Shown here in pieces: positions 8,355 to 19,521 of a stretch of 31,966 nt of DNA (its first letter is position 1; each line of letters opens with the position of its first letter). The position numbers and the translations under genes are program-made. Source of the stretch: Sedimenticola sp. (GTDB lineage: Bacteria; Pseudomonadota; Gammaproteobacteria; Chromatiales; Chromatiaceae); the NCBI GenBank assembly GCA_027030425.1, contig JALVEW010000104.1, positions 1 to 31,966 on the forward strand. The letters run 5' to 3'. A model generated the notes under the pieces. That model saw only the letters and a program-made list of their open reading frames with translations, was not told the origin of the DNA and did not search any database.

Positions 8355-10572
8355 ATCAGGATTCAACACCTTCTCGGACCCGGGGAACGAGATATCCGCA
8401 ATCCCCATCGATTGGGGCCCCCACCGGGACACAGTCGAAGGATGCCAGAAAATATTGCTGGATGCACTGCCCGGCTTCTGCGAGACACTGTTCCGGCAGA
8501 TCGACCAGGATCTCTACCGCCTGATCAAGGCCAGCACCAGCGAGGCCCATCGCACCCTGTTGTTCGAATCCATGTGGAGTTTCCAGGAAAGGCACCGGGA
8601 GATCGAGCGTAAATACATCCATACCGCGCCACTGTGGTATTTCATCGAATACCACGTCGACCTCAAAGATATCGGCCTCCCGGAAGGCGATGAGAACGAC
8701 GACGAAGAAATCACCTTTGCGTGGTCCTCCAAGGAAGACCAGCTGGAGGACGAAGCCCGCCTGTCCCTGCTGGATGACAGGCAGCTAGAGGAAAACGTGG
8801 CCCTCAACACCACCATCACCCAGGCCAACCAGGCTTTTGCCCGTGAGATCTACGCCCTGGAGCAGCGCTTCGCCCACTTGCAGGACAAGCCCGTGGAAAC
8901 AGCGGCCACCATGCCCATCAGTCCGATATTGCTGGCCAACTCGCTGCGGGACATCCTGAACGAATGGGATGACGAAGTCATCGCCCGCATCTCCATTTAC
9001 CAGAGCCTGGGGCATGTCTTCGCCACCTTCCTGAAGAAGCTGTACCGCGATACCAACAAGTACCTGATTTCCAGAAGGGTGCTGCCCGACCTGAAGACCA
9101 ACCATATCCGCAACATTGCCTATCAGCCACAGCCGCGCGGCGATGAGATGCCGCATTCTTCCGCCCCGGCGGAACATGGCGCGGCCCGTCTGTCCGAAGC
9201 CTGGTACCAGCTACAGCCCGGTCCCCCTGTCATCCAACCCTCTTTCAACCCAAACCTGCCCGTCCTGCCCCACTACGAAGTATTCCAGACCCTGAACCAG
9301 CTGCAGATATCCGCTCTGTCGGATATCGACACGGACAGGATTGACTGGGCTGCCGTACAGGAAAACCTGCGCCGACAGGTAAACCAGACACTTTGTCTCG
9401 ACGACCAGGGGCAGCCCGCAAGGCAACTGGAAAGGAACGACCAGCAAGTCATAGAAATCATTTTCCGCATTTTCGATCATATCCTGGACGACGAAGCCAT
9501 ACCCGACGCCATTCGGGCGCTCCTGGGGCGACTGCAGATTCCGGTGCTCAAGACCGCCATCCAGGATCCTTCATTCGTGGATGACGAGAAGCATCCCGCC
9601 CGCCACCTGCTGGACAGCATTGCCTCAACCTCTATAGGCTGGCGGGACACGGGTGAATCCTCCGAGCGCTCACTGCTCAAGCACGTCAGGGAAATTGTCG
9701 AACGGATCGTCCGCGAGTATGACAAGGACATCTCCCTGTTCGAGGAAGCCCTGGTCGAATTCAAGGAGTATGTCCGGGCCAGGGAAAGGGCCCGGAAGGC
9801 CATGGAGCAGCGCATTACCCAGTCCATATCTGGCAAGGAGCAGCTGGCCGTCGCTCAGAAGAAAATTGATGACATGCTGGATTCCCAGGCCTTTTCCATT
9901 GCCCCGGAAGCGGTCAGGGAGGTAGTTCAAGGGCCTTGGGCCAATTTCCTTACCCTGCTTTTCCTGCGCGAGGGTGAAAATGGAAAGAGCTGGAAGAATG
10001 CTCTTCGTGTCACCCGGCACGTAGAAAAATACTTCGACCCGGACCTGGCTGATGCCGAGCGCCGCAAGCTGCGGAGCAAGCTTCCCACTATCATGAAAGC
10101 TTTCCAGTCCGGGCTGGAATACGTCTCCATCAACAACAGCAGGAGCCGCGAACTGCTGGGAAACCTTCTGGACGCCTTCGATGAAATTTCCCAGGAGGAA
10201 TTGAGGCGGAAGCAGAAGGAAATTCCGCTCAGGGAAACATCTCCTGAAGAGGGGGAAACCGGGGAAAAGGCGGACCAGGATCTCTTCGGCAGCATGGCCA
10301 GGAACCTGGAGGAAAATACCTGGATACGAATTAACCTTGAAGATGCTGCCCAACCCCTGGTATGCAAGCTCGTCTGGCACAGCCAGTTCACCCATACCAT
10401 GGTATTCGTGGACGGCAATGGCAACAAGGCGCTGCAGCTCAAGGACTCGGAACTGGCCACGCACCTGAGGGAAGGGCGGGCCACCATCCTGGAAGATACG
10501 TCCAAGCCCCTGATCGAGCGCATTCTCGGACGGATGAAGGATGTATTTTCCGGCGCCGGCCAGGCCAGCTGA
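8347..10572 (+). CDS. Large acidic cytoplasmic protein of unknown function (741 aa); possibly DUF1631-like, but family assignment is uncertain
   Basis: This is a long, uninterrupted ORF with a protein-like composition rather than GC-frame noise. It has an AGGA Shine-Dalgarno 6 nt upstream, no transmembrane segment or signal peptide, and is rich in D/E with many predicted helices and coiled-coil stretches. I recognise no catalytic motif. It is inserted between murJ and rpsT. Confidence 0.75.
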   Translation: MLESGFNTFSDPGNEISAIPIDWGPHRDTVEGCQKILLDALPGFCETLFRQIDQDLYRLIKASTSEAHRTLLFESMWSFQERHREIERKYIHTAPLWYFIEYHVDLKDIGLPEGDENDDEEITFAWSSKEDQLEDEARLSLLDDRQLEENVALNTTITQANQAFAREIYALEQRFAHLQDKPVETAATMPISPILLANSLRDILNEWDDEVIARISIYQSLGHVFATFLKKLYRDTNKYLISRRVLPDLKTNHIRNIAYQPQPRGDEMPHSSAPAEHGAARLSEAWYQLQPGPPVIQPSFNPNLPVLPHYEVFQTLNQLQISALSDIDTDRIDWAAVQENLRRQVNQTLCLDDQGQPARQLERNDQQVIEIIFRIFDHILDDEAIPDAIRALLGRLQIPVLKTAIQDPSFVDDEKHPARHLLDSIASTSIGWRDTGESSERSLLKHVREIVERIVREYDKDISLFEEALVEFKEYVRARERARKAMEQRITQSISGKEQLAVAQKKIDDMLDSQAFSIAPEAVREVVQGPWANFLTLLFLREGENGKSWKNALRVTRHVEKYFDPDLADAERRKLRSKLPTIMKAFQSGLEYVSINNSRSRELLGNLLDAFDEISQEELRRKQKEIPLRETSPEEGETGEKADQDLFGSMARNLEENTWIRINLEDAAQPLVCKLVWHSQFTHTMVFVDGNGNKALQLKDSELATHLREGRATILEDTSKPLIERILGRMKDVFSGAGQAS

Positions 10573-10619
10573 AACGCCCGGGACGGAGGAAACAGGAGAA
10601 AGTCGGCCGGCATTCCCTC

Positions 10620-10648
10620 TTGACAAAGCCATGGGCCGGGGACATAAT
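10620..10648 (+). promoter_or_regulatory. Sigma70-type promoter for rpsT
   Basis: TTGACA at 10620-10625, a 17-nt spacer, then CATAAT at 10643-10648. The rpsT GTG start is about 45 nt downstream and is preceded by AGGAG. Confidence 0.6.
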
Positions 10649-10693
10649 CGCGCGTCTTTTTACTGAACAACCTCAAGATTTCAGGAGTACAAG

Positions 10694-10954
10694 GTGGCCA
10701 ATTCACTGCAAGCACGCAAGCGCGCCCGCCAGGCGGAAAAGCGCCGCGCCCACAACGCGAGCCGTCGCAGCATGCTGCGCACCCACATCAAGAAAGTCGT
10801 TTACGCCATCGAGGCCGGCGACAAGGAAACTGCCAGCGCAGCCTACAAGGCAGCCGTGCCCGTAATCGACCGTGCTGTCAACAAGGGACTGATCCACAAG
10901 AACAAGGCAGCCCGCCACAAGAGCCGACTGAACGCTCACATCAAGGCAATGTAA
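10694..10954 (+). CDS. rpsT: 30S ribosomal protein S20
   Basis: [35 protein letters not shown]...[16 protein letters not shown] is a typical S20 sequence, 86 aa, with a GTG start. Confidence 0.95.
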   Translation: MANSLQARKRARQAEKRRAHNASRRSMLRTHIKKVVYAIEAGDKETASAAYKAAVPVIDRAVNKGLIHKNKAARHKSRLNAHIKAM

Positions 10955-10976
10955 TTCCCTTCCTGTTTCAGGAAGC

Positions 10977-11004
10977 GCAAAAAGCCGGCAGACGCCGGCT
11001 TTTT
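10977..11004. terminator. Bidirectional rho-independent terminator shared by rpsT (+) and the convergent GGDEF gene (-)
   Basis: CAAAAAGCCGGCAGACGCCGGCTTTTT has a GCCGGC stem and a 4-nt loop, flanked by an A-run on the left and a T-run on the right. Confidence 0.7.
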
Positions 11005-11016
11005 GCATTGCCCCGC

Positions 11017-13245
11017 TCATCCGGCCAGCGCTGCCGCCCTGGCGCCTATGCATCCTCGGCCAGCCGCCTTGGCGGCATACAGCGAAACATCCGCTCTTTT
11101 CAGCAACTCCGCCATGGACATCTTCTGTCCTCCCAGGCATTCCGCGATTCCCACGCTCACGGATAGAGAGATATCTCCATTTATCTTCGCTTCATGCAAC
11201 GCCGGATTGAGGCGTGCTAGCACCTCTGTCGCCTGAAAATAGTCCGCTCCCGGCAGAAGCACCAGAAACTCGTCACCACCGAAACGCCCGACCACCGCCT
11301 CGCCAGGCAGCAGTTCCCCCATGGTTCGGCACAACAGTTTCAGACATTGATCCCCAAAGTCATGCCCCATGCTGTCGTTCAGTTTCTTGAAATGATCGAG
11401 ATCGACAAAAGCCAGGGCCAGGCCCCGCCCCCCGGCAGCACACTGTTCCAGCAACCTGGAAACATGCATCTCCATGGATGCCCGATTGAAAACCCCCGTC
11501 AGGTCATCATATCGGGCCGAACGCTGCAGTTTTTCCATGTTTTCCGCATCCATGCGGGCATGGACGGCTTTTTCAACGAATTCCCGCAGGCCGTAGATCT
11601 GGTCGTTGTCCAGGGCCTGGTTCCTCGAAATCAGCAACACCAGGCAATAATCCACATGCTCCCTGACCCTGACAGGAATCATCAGGTAGCTGTAGCGCTC
11701 CCGCTTGTCCGGGAAATCCTCCAGCTCTCCCATATCAATCTTTCCCCGGGCGCAGGCAGCCAGCATCTGTTTCTGACGATTTTCCACCAGATGGAAGAAC
11801 AGGCGGGAAACTATGCGCCCTCCCCCCAGACTGCGCTGCTGAATCCGCTCTCCCTCCCGTGCCAGCAGGACTATTCCCTTGACATTGATGATGCGCGCAA
11901 CACTGCTGAACATGAGTTGGTCCAGTTCGTGCATGAAGTCGGTACTGTTGCTGCCGGCGGCAAGCGCGCGGGACTTGCGGACGAAATCAGCAAGCAGCTG
12001 CTCCCGCTTGTAGGCGGTGTCCACCCGTTCGAGGTCCACCTTGGCCTTGTCCCTTTCCCGCTTGATACTCAAGGTGCGGTCCGCCAGCGCCAGGGACAGG
12101 AGAATCGCATCCAGCGCCAGGGCCACCTCAAACGCATGGGCCAGCCAGAAGTGCCCCGTGGAAAAGTTGAACGCGTAGTAAATACGCATGAGCGTGGCGC
12201 CGATGAGAATGGTATTGGCAATGAACAAATATCCCGCCAGCCGGTAGCCCCGGATCCAGTATCCCAGGGTAAGGGCAAACAGCCCCACGGCGCCCACCAT
12301 CAGGGTGCCATTGGAAATCTGCGTCCAGAAACTAAAGGTTCTGGCACCGAAAAAGAAACCATCAAGTATGCGCAACAATATTATGGTTCCATACACCACC
12401 TGGAATCCGATCAGCAGCCTGCCATCCCGGCTCCTGGCGCTCAGTCCCAGGTATGAGCGATAGAACTGGTAGAAAAGCAGTACTGACAGCGGCCCGAACA
12501 CCGACAGCCCCAGCTGCGCCCACTGCGAATCCTGAACGGGGATGAGCTTTACTATCCATCCTTCCTGCCAGAACATGGACATCAGCGCCGACAGCATGTA
12601 AATGCTGTACAGCAGGAAAGGGGTTTCCCTGATGAAGAAATAGAAAATCAGGTTGATTAGCGCCAGTACGAAAATCATGCCGTACAGCGCGGCAATGTAG
12701 CGGGAAAAGCTGACATCGCTGCCCAGATAGCTTTCCCTGTCCACCAGGCTCACCTTCAGCGGTTTCCTGCTCCCCGTATCCTGCACATAGAGATAAACCG
12801 GCTTTCCGTTTTCCAGGGGAGCATCCAGTTCGAACACCAGATCCCGGGTGGAATAGTAGTCGGCAACCGTGGGCAACAAACGCCCCACCTTCACTTGCTT
12901 CCACTCCGCTTCGTCCCTGTACTTGAACCAGCCCGTCACCTCCAGGAAGTACCGGGGCTGAATCACCAGGTTCTCACGCCCGGAAATGGGCGCCTCATTC
13001 GGCAGGTGAACCCGGAACACAACGCCCTGTCCATAACCGCCGAACTCGAGGCGCGTTTCCGGCTGATAAGGCTCGAACGCAAGACCGTTCGCCAACGCAG
13101 GATGGAAGTCTCCCTTTACTGCCGCATAATCCATTTGCAGGGACAACGACTCCGCCGCCAGCGCCCCGGAAAGCAGGGACATGGTGAGCAACAAGATGCT
13201 GAAATACCGGTGACGCAAGAAGAACTCCCCCAAACAAATCGTCAT
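11017..13245 (-). CDS. Diguanylate cyclase with a 7TMR-DISM periplasmic domain, a 7TM domain and a GGDEF domain
   Basis: It has a signal peptide followed by a periplasmic domain of about 170 aa, then seven hydrophobic helices, a coiled-coil linker and a C-terminal GGDEF domain (RFGGDEFLVLL, with the upstream DLTGVFNRASME and FVDLDHFKKLND motifs). The start is taken as the ATG at 13245 (MTICLGEFFLRHRYFSILLLTMSLLSGALAAES); the ORF-track start at 13341 is possible but less likely. Confidence 0.85.
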   Translation of the reverse strand: MTICLGEFFLRHRYFSILLLTMSLLSGALAAESLSLQMDYAAVKGDFHPALANGLAFEPYQPETRLEFGGYGQGVVFRVHLPNEAPISGRENLVIQPRYFLEVTGWFKYRDEAEWKQVKVGRLLPTVADYYSTRDLVFELDAPLENGKPVYLYVQDTGSRKPLKVSLVDRESYLGSDVSFSRYIAALYGMIFVLALINLIFYFFIRETPFLLYSIYMLSALMSMFWQEGWIVKLIPVQDSQWAQLGLSVFGPLSVLLFYQFYRSYLGLSARSRDGRLLIGFQVVYGTIILLRILDGFFFGARTFSFWTQISNGTLMVGAVGLFALTLGYWIRGYRLAGYLFIANTILIGATLMRIYYAFNFSTGHFWLAHAFEVALALDAILLSLALADRTLSIKRERDKAKVDLERVDTAYKREQLLADFVRKSRALAAGSNSTDFMHELDQLMFSSVARIINVKGIVLLAREGERIQQRSLGGGRIVSRLFFHLVENRQKQMLAACARGKIDMGELEDFPDKRERYSYLMIPVRVREHVDYCLVLLISRNQALDNDQIYGLREFVEKAVHARMDAENMEKLQRSARYDDLTGVFNRASMEMHVSRLLEQCAAGGRGLALAFVDLDHFKKLNDSMGHDFGDQCLKLLCRTMGELLPGEAVVGRFGGDEFLVLLPGADYFQATEVLARLNPALHEAKINGDISLSVSVGIAECLGGQKMSMAELLKRADVSLYAAKAAGRGCIGARAAALAG

Positions 13246-13393
13246 TGCCTCGCCCTGCGGGACGCACGACACTAACTGGATGTTGAAAAAATCCCTCCAT
13301 GGACTATTTAGTGGAAAACACCGTTTCCCGCTTCCAGGCATTATGATTATGATTCACCGATACTAGCAAAAAACACCGGGAGAGAATCAAGCA

Positions 13394-14011
13394 ATGAAAA
13401 CCTGGGCAGATATCAGCAATACCGTGGACAGCGGCGACGTTTTTCTCTTTCATGGACCCGGACTTGAAAGTGAAATCATCGAAGACATAGACCACACGCC
13501 TTTCTCCCACGTTGCCCTGGGGGTACGCCTGCCCGGCTACGAACACCCCCTCTTGTGGACCAGTGACGAAATCACCACCCTTACCGACCAGCTCGACCAC
13601 GGCAAACGAGCCGGCGTACACCTGCTGGAAGCAAAATCGGTATTCGAGCTCTGCATGAAACGCACCTACAGCAATGGTAAGCATTACCGTTTTGCCTGGC
13701 GCCAATTACACGCCGACAGAAACACTCGCTTCCTCAGCGCGCTGGAGCATTTCATGCGTGACGTGGATGGCCGCGCCTTTCCCTCGCTGGAACAGATGGC
13801 CGCGCATTTCGCCGAGGGAAAGCTGGACATCGCCACCAATACCCGCACCTACTATTGCAGCGAACTGGCCACGGACACCTACGTGCATCTGGGCCTGCTC
13901 CCCGCTGACACCCTCATCAACAGCCTGTCGCCAGGGGATTTCTCCAGCAGCAACCACCTGCCATTGCAGAATGGCGCCAGCCTGGATCCAGAGGTCATGT
14001 TCGTTCTCTGA
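13394..14011 (+). CDS. YaeF/YiiX-family permuted papain-like (NlpC/P60-superfamily, C92-type) putative amidase
   Basis: GDVFLFHGPGLESEIIEDIDHTPFSHVALGV, VHLLEA and YYCSELATDTY match the Cys/His hallmarks of the DUF830/YiiX family (SHVGI... and FYCSELV in E. coli YiiX). A GGGAGAG Shine-Dalgarno precedes the ATG. Confidence 0.6.
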   Translation: MKTWADISNTVDSGDVFLFHGPGLESEIIEDIDHTPFSHVALGVRLPGYEHPLLWTSDEITTLTDQLDHGKRAGVHLLEAKSVFELCMKRTYSNGKHYRFAWRQLHADRNTRFLSALEHFMRDVDGRAFPSLEQMAAHFAEGKLDIATNTRTYYCSELATDTYVHLGLLPADTLINSLSPGDFSSSNHLPLQNGASLDPEVMFVL

Positions 14012-14025
14012 ACCGCCGAGCAGTT

Positions 14026-14898
14026 TTACCCGGCCAGCACCTCGGCCATGCGCTGTCCCATGAGCGCGGGAGAATGCACCACCTGCACGCCCGCCTGCTC
14101 CAGCGCCTGGAATTTTGCCTCCGCCGTGCCTTTTCCGCCGCTGATGATGGCGCCGGCATGCCCCATGCGCTTCCCCGGAGGGGCCGTGACGCCGGCAATA
14201 TAGGCCACCACGGGTTTGCTTATGTGGTCACGGATGTATTCGGCGGCCTCTTCCTCGGCGGTGCCACCGATCTCTCCCACCATGATGACGCCTTCGGTCT
14301 GCTCATCCTGCTCGAACAATGCCAGGCAGTCGATGAAGCTGGTGCCATTCACCGGATCGCCCCCCAGGCCCACGCAGGTGCTTTGTCCAAGTCCCGCTAC
14401 CGTGGTCTGGTGCACAGCCTCATAGGTGAGGGTTCCGGAACGGGAAATGATGCCGATGCGCCCTGGCTGATGGATGTTCCCGGGCATGATGCCAATCTTG
14501 CAGGCGCCGGGCGTGATAATGCCCGGGCAGTTGGGGCCGATGAGCCGCGCATCCGTGGTGGCCAGGGCTGCCTTCACCTTCAGCATATCCAGCACGGGAA
14601 TCCCCTCGGTGATACAGGCGATGACCCGGATGCCCGCATCCGCCGCCTCGAGTATGGCATCGGCGGCAAAAGGCGGTGGGACATAAATCATGGTGGCGTC
14701 GGCGCCGGTTTCCCTGACCGCTTCATGCACTGTATTGAATACAGGCCTGTCCAGGTGTGTCTGCCCCCCTTTTCCCGGGGTCACGCCACCTACCAGCCTG
14801 GTGCCATAGGCGATGGCCTGCTCGGAATGAAAAGTGCCCTGTTTGCCGGTAAATCCCTGGCAGATGACACGGGTGCTGCTGTCCACGAGTATGCTCAT
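14026..14898 (-). CDS. sucD: Succinyl-CoA synthetase alpha subunit
   Basis: [45 protein letters not shown] is near-identical to the E. coli SucD N-terminus, and the active-site region MGHAGAI is present. Confidence 0.96.
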   Translation of the reverse strand: MSILVDSSTRVICQGFTGKQGTFHSEQAIAYGTRLVGGVTPGKGGQTHLDRPVFNTVHEAVRETGADATMIYVPPPFAADAILEAADAGIRVIACITEGIPVLDMLKVKAALATTDARLIGPNCPGIITPGACKIGIMPGNIHQPGRIGIISRSGTLTYEAVHQTTVAGLGQSTCVGLGGDPVNGTSFIDCLALFEQDEQTEGVIMVGEIGGTAEEEAAEYIRDHISKPVVAYIAGVTAPPGKRMGHAGAIISGGKGTAEAKFQALEQAGVQVVHSPALMGQRMAEVLAG

Positions 14899-14910
14899 TC
14901 GCTTGCCCCT

Positions 14911-16071
14911 CTAAGCCGCGGCCGCCACGGCCTTTCGCGCGGCTTCGGTAAAATCTTCCGCGGTGATGAAATCCAGCCCGCTTTCCTCCAGCATGGCCAG
15001 GCCCTGTGGCGCGTTGGTGCCCTGCAGGCGCACCACCACGGGCACATCCATGCCCAGGCTGCGCGCGGCGGTGATGATGCCCTCGGCGATGAGGTCACAG
15101 CGTACGATGCCACCAAAAATATTCACCAGCACCACCCGGACCTTGGGATCGGAAAGAATCAGCTTGAAAGCCTCGGTCACCCTTTCCGCCGTGGTTCCGC
15201 CACCCACGTCCAGGAAGTTGGCCGGTTCACCGCCTTCCAGCTTAACCAGATCCATGGTCGCCATGGCCAGCCCCGCGCCATTCACCATGCAGCCGATGTT
15301 CCCGTCCAGGGAGATATAGTTGAGGTCGTGTTCCGCCGCGGCCGCCTCCCGGCTGTCTTCCTGGGAGATATCCCGCAAGGCCTGGATATCGGGATGCCGG
15401 TAGAGCGCACTGTCATCGATGTTGATCTTGGCGTCCAGCGCCACCAGCTCCCCGTCCCCCGTCACGATGAGAGGGTTGATTTCGACGAGACTGACGTCCT
15501 TGTCCAGGTACAGCCGGTACAACGCCGCCAGGATGCGGGAAAAGGCCCTGACCTGCTCACCCGACAGCCCCAAGGAGAAGGCCAGATGCCGGCCCTGCCA
15601 GGGCTGCAGCCCGGCAGCCGGGTCCACCGCCGTGGTGATAATCTTTTCCGGCGTCTGCTCGGCAACTTCCTCGATATTCATTCCTCCGGCCGCCGACGCC
15701 ATGAAGGTGATGCGGGAGCTGCCCCTGTCCAGCAACGCGCCCAGATAAAGTTCCCGCGCGATGTCGCTGCCCTGCTCCACCAACACCTGGTTTACCGGCA
15801 GGCCCTCCGGACCGGTCTGGCGTGTCACCAGGCGCTTGCCCAGCATCTCACCCGCCGCCTGGGCCACTTCCTCCGGGCTGCGGGCCAGTTTCACACCACC
15901 GGCCTTGCCCCGCCCTCCTGTGTGGGCCTGGGCCTTGACCACCCAGAGGTCTCCACCCAGCTCCCGGGCTAACTCTGCCGCTTCTTCGGCATTGCCGGAG
16001 ACACGTCCCGCGGGCACGGGAATGCCATACTCGGAGAACAGGGCCTTGGATTGGTACTCATGCAGATTCAT
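14911..16071 (-). CDS. sucC: Succinyl-CoA synthetase beta subunit
   Basis: [24 protein letters not shown] matches E. coli SucC ([20 protein letters not shown]). It has an ATP-grasp fold and lies immediately upstream of sucD. Confidence 0.95.
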   Translation of the reverse strand: MNLHEYQSKALFSEYGIPVPAGRVSGNAEEAAELARELGGDLWVVKAQAHTGGRGKAGGVKLARSPEEVAQAAGEMLGKRLVTRQTGPEGLPVNQVLVEQGSDIARELYLGALLDRGSSRITFMASAAGGMNIEEVAEQTPEKIITTAVDPAAGLQPWQGRHLAFSLGLSGEQVRAFSRILAALYRLYLDKDVSLVEINPLIVTGDGELVALDAKINIDDSALYRHPDIQALRDISQEDSREAAAAEHDLNYISLDGNIGCMVNGAGLAMATMDLVKLEGGEPANFLDVGGGTTAERVTEAFKLILSDPKVRVVLVNIFGGIVRCDLIAEGIITAARSLGMDVPVVVRLQGTNAPQGLAMLEESGLDFITAEDFTEAARKAVAAAA

Positions 16072-16147
16072 GGCTATCTCTCACTTGGGTGTCATGGGGA
16101 CAGGAAGGCGTTCATTCTAGCCTGAAATCCAGCCTTCCGGTGAGCCT

Positions 16148-16894
16148 TCAACCAACGATAAGCTTGATGCCCACCAGGATGGAGATGATTTCGAAGGCCC
16201 GCTTTATCCAGCGATTGCCCTGGCGTATGGCCAAGTGCGCTCCAGCGTAACCGCCTATCAGGGAACCGGCCAGCAGCGCGGGAAGCCAGTCCCACTTTAT
16301 GCTGCCCAGCAAGCCCAGGGTGAGCGCGCCGGTTCCGTTCCAGAACAGCCCCACCAGCACCAGGGTATAGGCCACCGCCCGCTTGTAATCCAGCCCGAAC
16401 CAGCCCACCAGCCACAGGGTGACGAACAGGCCGGTACCGGAAGTGAGCGAGCCATTGAGCACACCCAGGAAGAAAAGCACCATCCCCCCCAGCATCATGC
16501 CTCGCCTGTCCCGATGTCCCGGCCGATAATCCTGCCCCAGTCTGGTTTTGCTGCCGGAATAGAGTCCCAGCCCCAAAGTCAGGCAGCCCAGGGCGATTTC
16601 CGCCGTGCGACCGGGCACATGCAGGATGATATTCGCTCCCAGAATCACGCCGGGCAGCCCCGTGGCCAGTACGAACAGAACGAAACCACGCTCCAGGGTG
16701 CTTTCCCGCATATGCCTCAGGGTTGCGCCCGCTCCCAGGGCCACGGAGGCCACCTTGTGGGTGGCAAGGGCCACCCCGAACGGCAATCCCAGGAAAATAA
16801 GCACAGGGAGCTGCAGCAGGCCGGCGCCCCCGCCTGAAAAGGCGGAAAACAGGTTTGCCACAAGGGACACAAAAAACAGCAACAGTTGATCCAT
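16148..16894 (-). CDS. TauE/SafE (DUF81) family sulfite/anion exporter membrane protein
   Basis: It is a 248-aa polytopic membrane protein with glycine-rich transmembrane helices; GGGAGLLQLPVLIFLGLP and the repeated LGAGAT/GAL motifs are typical of the TauE/SafE family. Confidence 0.7.
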   Translation of the reverse strand: MDQLLLFFVSLVANLFSAFSGGGAGLLQLPVLIFLGLPFGVALATHKVASVALGAGATLRHMRESTLERGFVLFVLATGLPGVILGANIILHVPGRTAEIALGCLTLGLGLYSGSKTRLGQDYRPGHRDRRGMMLGGMVLFFLGVLNGSLTSGTGLFVTLWLVGWFGLDYKRAVAYTLVLVGLFWNGTGALTLGLLGSIKWDWLPALLAGSLIGGYAGAHLAIRQGNRWIKRAFEIISILVGIKLIVG

Positions 16895-16967
16895 TCAGGT
16901 GTAATTTCCGGAAAAATTGATTATTCTCTTGCGCATCATGACGATTATCCTACAGACAAGAAAACCC

Positions 16968-17960
16968 ATGCGCGTTCTTTTCCTGGGAATTCTCCTTGCC
17001 AGCATCAGCCTGTCCGCTCAGGCCAAGTTATATAAATGGGTGGATGAAAACGGCAATGTCCAGTATTCGGACAAAATCCCGCCAACTGCGGTAAAGAAGT
17101 CTCACGAGCAGCTCGACAAGCACGGTCTGGTCATCGAAAGAAAGGAACGCGCCAAGACCCCGGAAGAAATCGCCGAGGAACAGCGGGTCAGAAAGTTGCA
17201 GGAAGAGACCCGCCGCCGCCTGGAAGAACAGCGTGCCCGTGATCGGGTATTGCTCAGCACCTACCGCAGCGAAGACGATATCATCCTGGCCAGGGACGGA
17301 AAACTAGCCACCTACGATGCGCAGATTCGCATCACCTACAACAACATCGCCCGTCTGAAGGACCGCCTGTCCTACCAGAAGAAGCGCGCGGCATCACTGG
17401 AGCGCCAGGGAAAACCCATTCCCCCGCAACTGAAGAAGGGCATCGAAAATACCCGCAGGGAAATCAACGAGAACTACGCTTCCATTCTGCGCCAGGAAAA
17501 CGGCAAGAAGCGAATCCGGGCCAAGTATGCTCTGGATCTCAAGCGGTTCCGGGAACTGAGCAAACTCAAGGAAGAAAACCGGCCGAAGGCGGCTGCCGAG
17601 AAATCCAACGCAAGAGATGAAGCCATCGTCAAGACAGTGCTGCATTGCAACACCAAGGCCGAATGCGACAGGCTGTGGAAAAAGGCCAAGCAATTTGCCA
17701 AGAAGCATGCCACCACCCCCGTGTACGTGGATGCCGATCATATTTTCATCACGCAACCACCCAGGGACAACAAGGATCTCAGCCTTACCGTCTCAAGACT
17801 GAAGACCAAAGACTCCAACGCGGAAATCATCTTCCTTGATATTCAGTGCAAGAAGGAAGTTGCCACCGATACCTGGTGTACGCGCAAGGACGCCCTGCGC
17901 CTCAGGGAAAGCTTCCGGCCCACCGTACTGAAGGAAATTGGGGAAAAAACAGGAAAGTAG
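16968..17960 (+). CDS. DUF4124-domain secreted/periplasmic protein with a long charged coiled-coil
   Basis: The signal peptide MRVLFLGILLASISLSAQA is followed by the DUF4124 signature KLYKWVDENGNVQYSDKIPP, then a K/E/R-rich helix. The ORF-track start at 16917 adds 17 non-signal residues and is less likely. Confidence 0.7.
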   Translation: MRVLFLGILLASISLSAQAKLYKWVDENGNVQYSDKIPPTAVKKSHEQLDKHGLVIERKERAKTPEEIAEEQRVRKLQEETRRRLEEQRARDRVLLSTYRSEDDIILARDGKLATYDAQIRITYNNIARLKDRLSYQKKRAASLERQGKPIPPQLKKGIENTRREINENYASILRQENGKKRIRAKYALDLKRFRELSKLKEENRPKAAAEKSNARDEAIVKTVLHCNTKAECDRLWKKAKQFAKKHATTPVYVDADHIFITQPPRDNKDLSLTVSRLKTKDSNAEIIFLDIQCKKEVATDTWCTRKDALRLRESFRPTVLKEIGEKTGK

Positions 17961-17990
17961 CCGCCCTCGCGGGGGATACTCCTTCCCGTC

Positions 17991-18569
17991 TCAGGAAAAT
18001 ATACCCCGATCGATGATGCCCCAGTCCGCCTCCCAGCCGGACAGGGGAGAAACATCGAAACGAGTGCGCAGGAACTGCTGCATCCGCCCTTCGACATAAA
18101 CCACCAGCATCTCGGCGGCGGCTTCCGAAGACACCGACAGCACCGCATCATCGCGCAGCCGGGCCTCGCGCAGGATTTGCCGGAACTGCATTTGCAACCG
18201 CTCGAAGAACACCTGGATACGCTCATGTAGCCGCTCGTGCTCCCCTACCAGGGCATCGCCCAGCAACACGCGCACGATACCGGGGTTCCGCTCGGCAAAG
18301 CCCAGCAACAGGTACAACACCCTGGCGCAACGCTGGCGGGTTTCCCTGTCTTCTTCCATGATCTGGTTGATGCGCGAAAAGATGCCGTCTTCCGCGAAGC
18401 TGATGAGGCCCTCATACATGCGGGCCTTGCTGGGAAAATGACGATAGAGCGCCGCTTCCGACACACCCACGGCCCGCGCCAGTCCGGCCGTGGTAATCCG
18501 GCTGCCAGGGCGCTCTTCCAGTTCCCTGGCCAGGGCTTCCAGGATGGCCTGCTTGCGTTCACCCGCCAT
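17991..18569 (-). CDS. slmA: Nucleoid occlusion factor SlmA (TetR family)
   Basis: [38 protein letters not shown]...[17 protein letters not shown] closely matches E. coli SlmA ([29 protein letters not shown]...LLLLGFGERNPGLTRIL). Its start is 2 nt after the argB stop. Confidence 0.85.
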   Translation of the reverse strand: [192 protein letters not shown]

Positions 18570-18571
18570 GG

Positions 18572-19468
<897 letters not shown>

Positions 19469-19521
19469 CTACTCGTGAAATACATTGGATAACTGGCAAC
19501 CATCCCGTTGGAAACCAGGCC

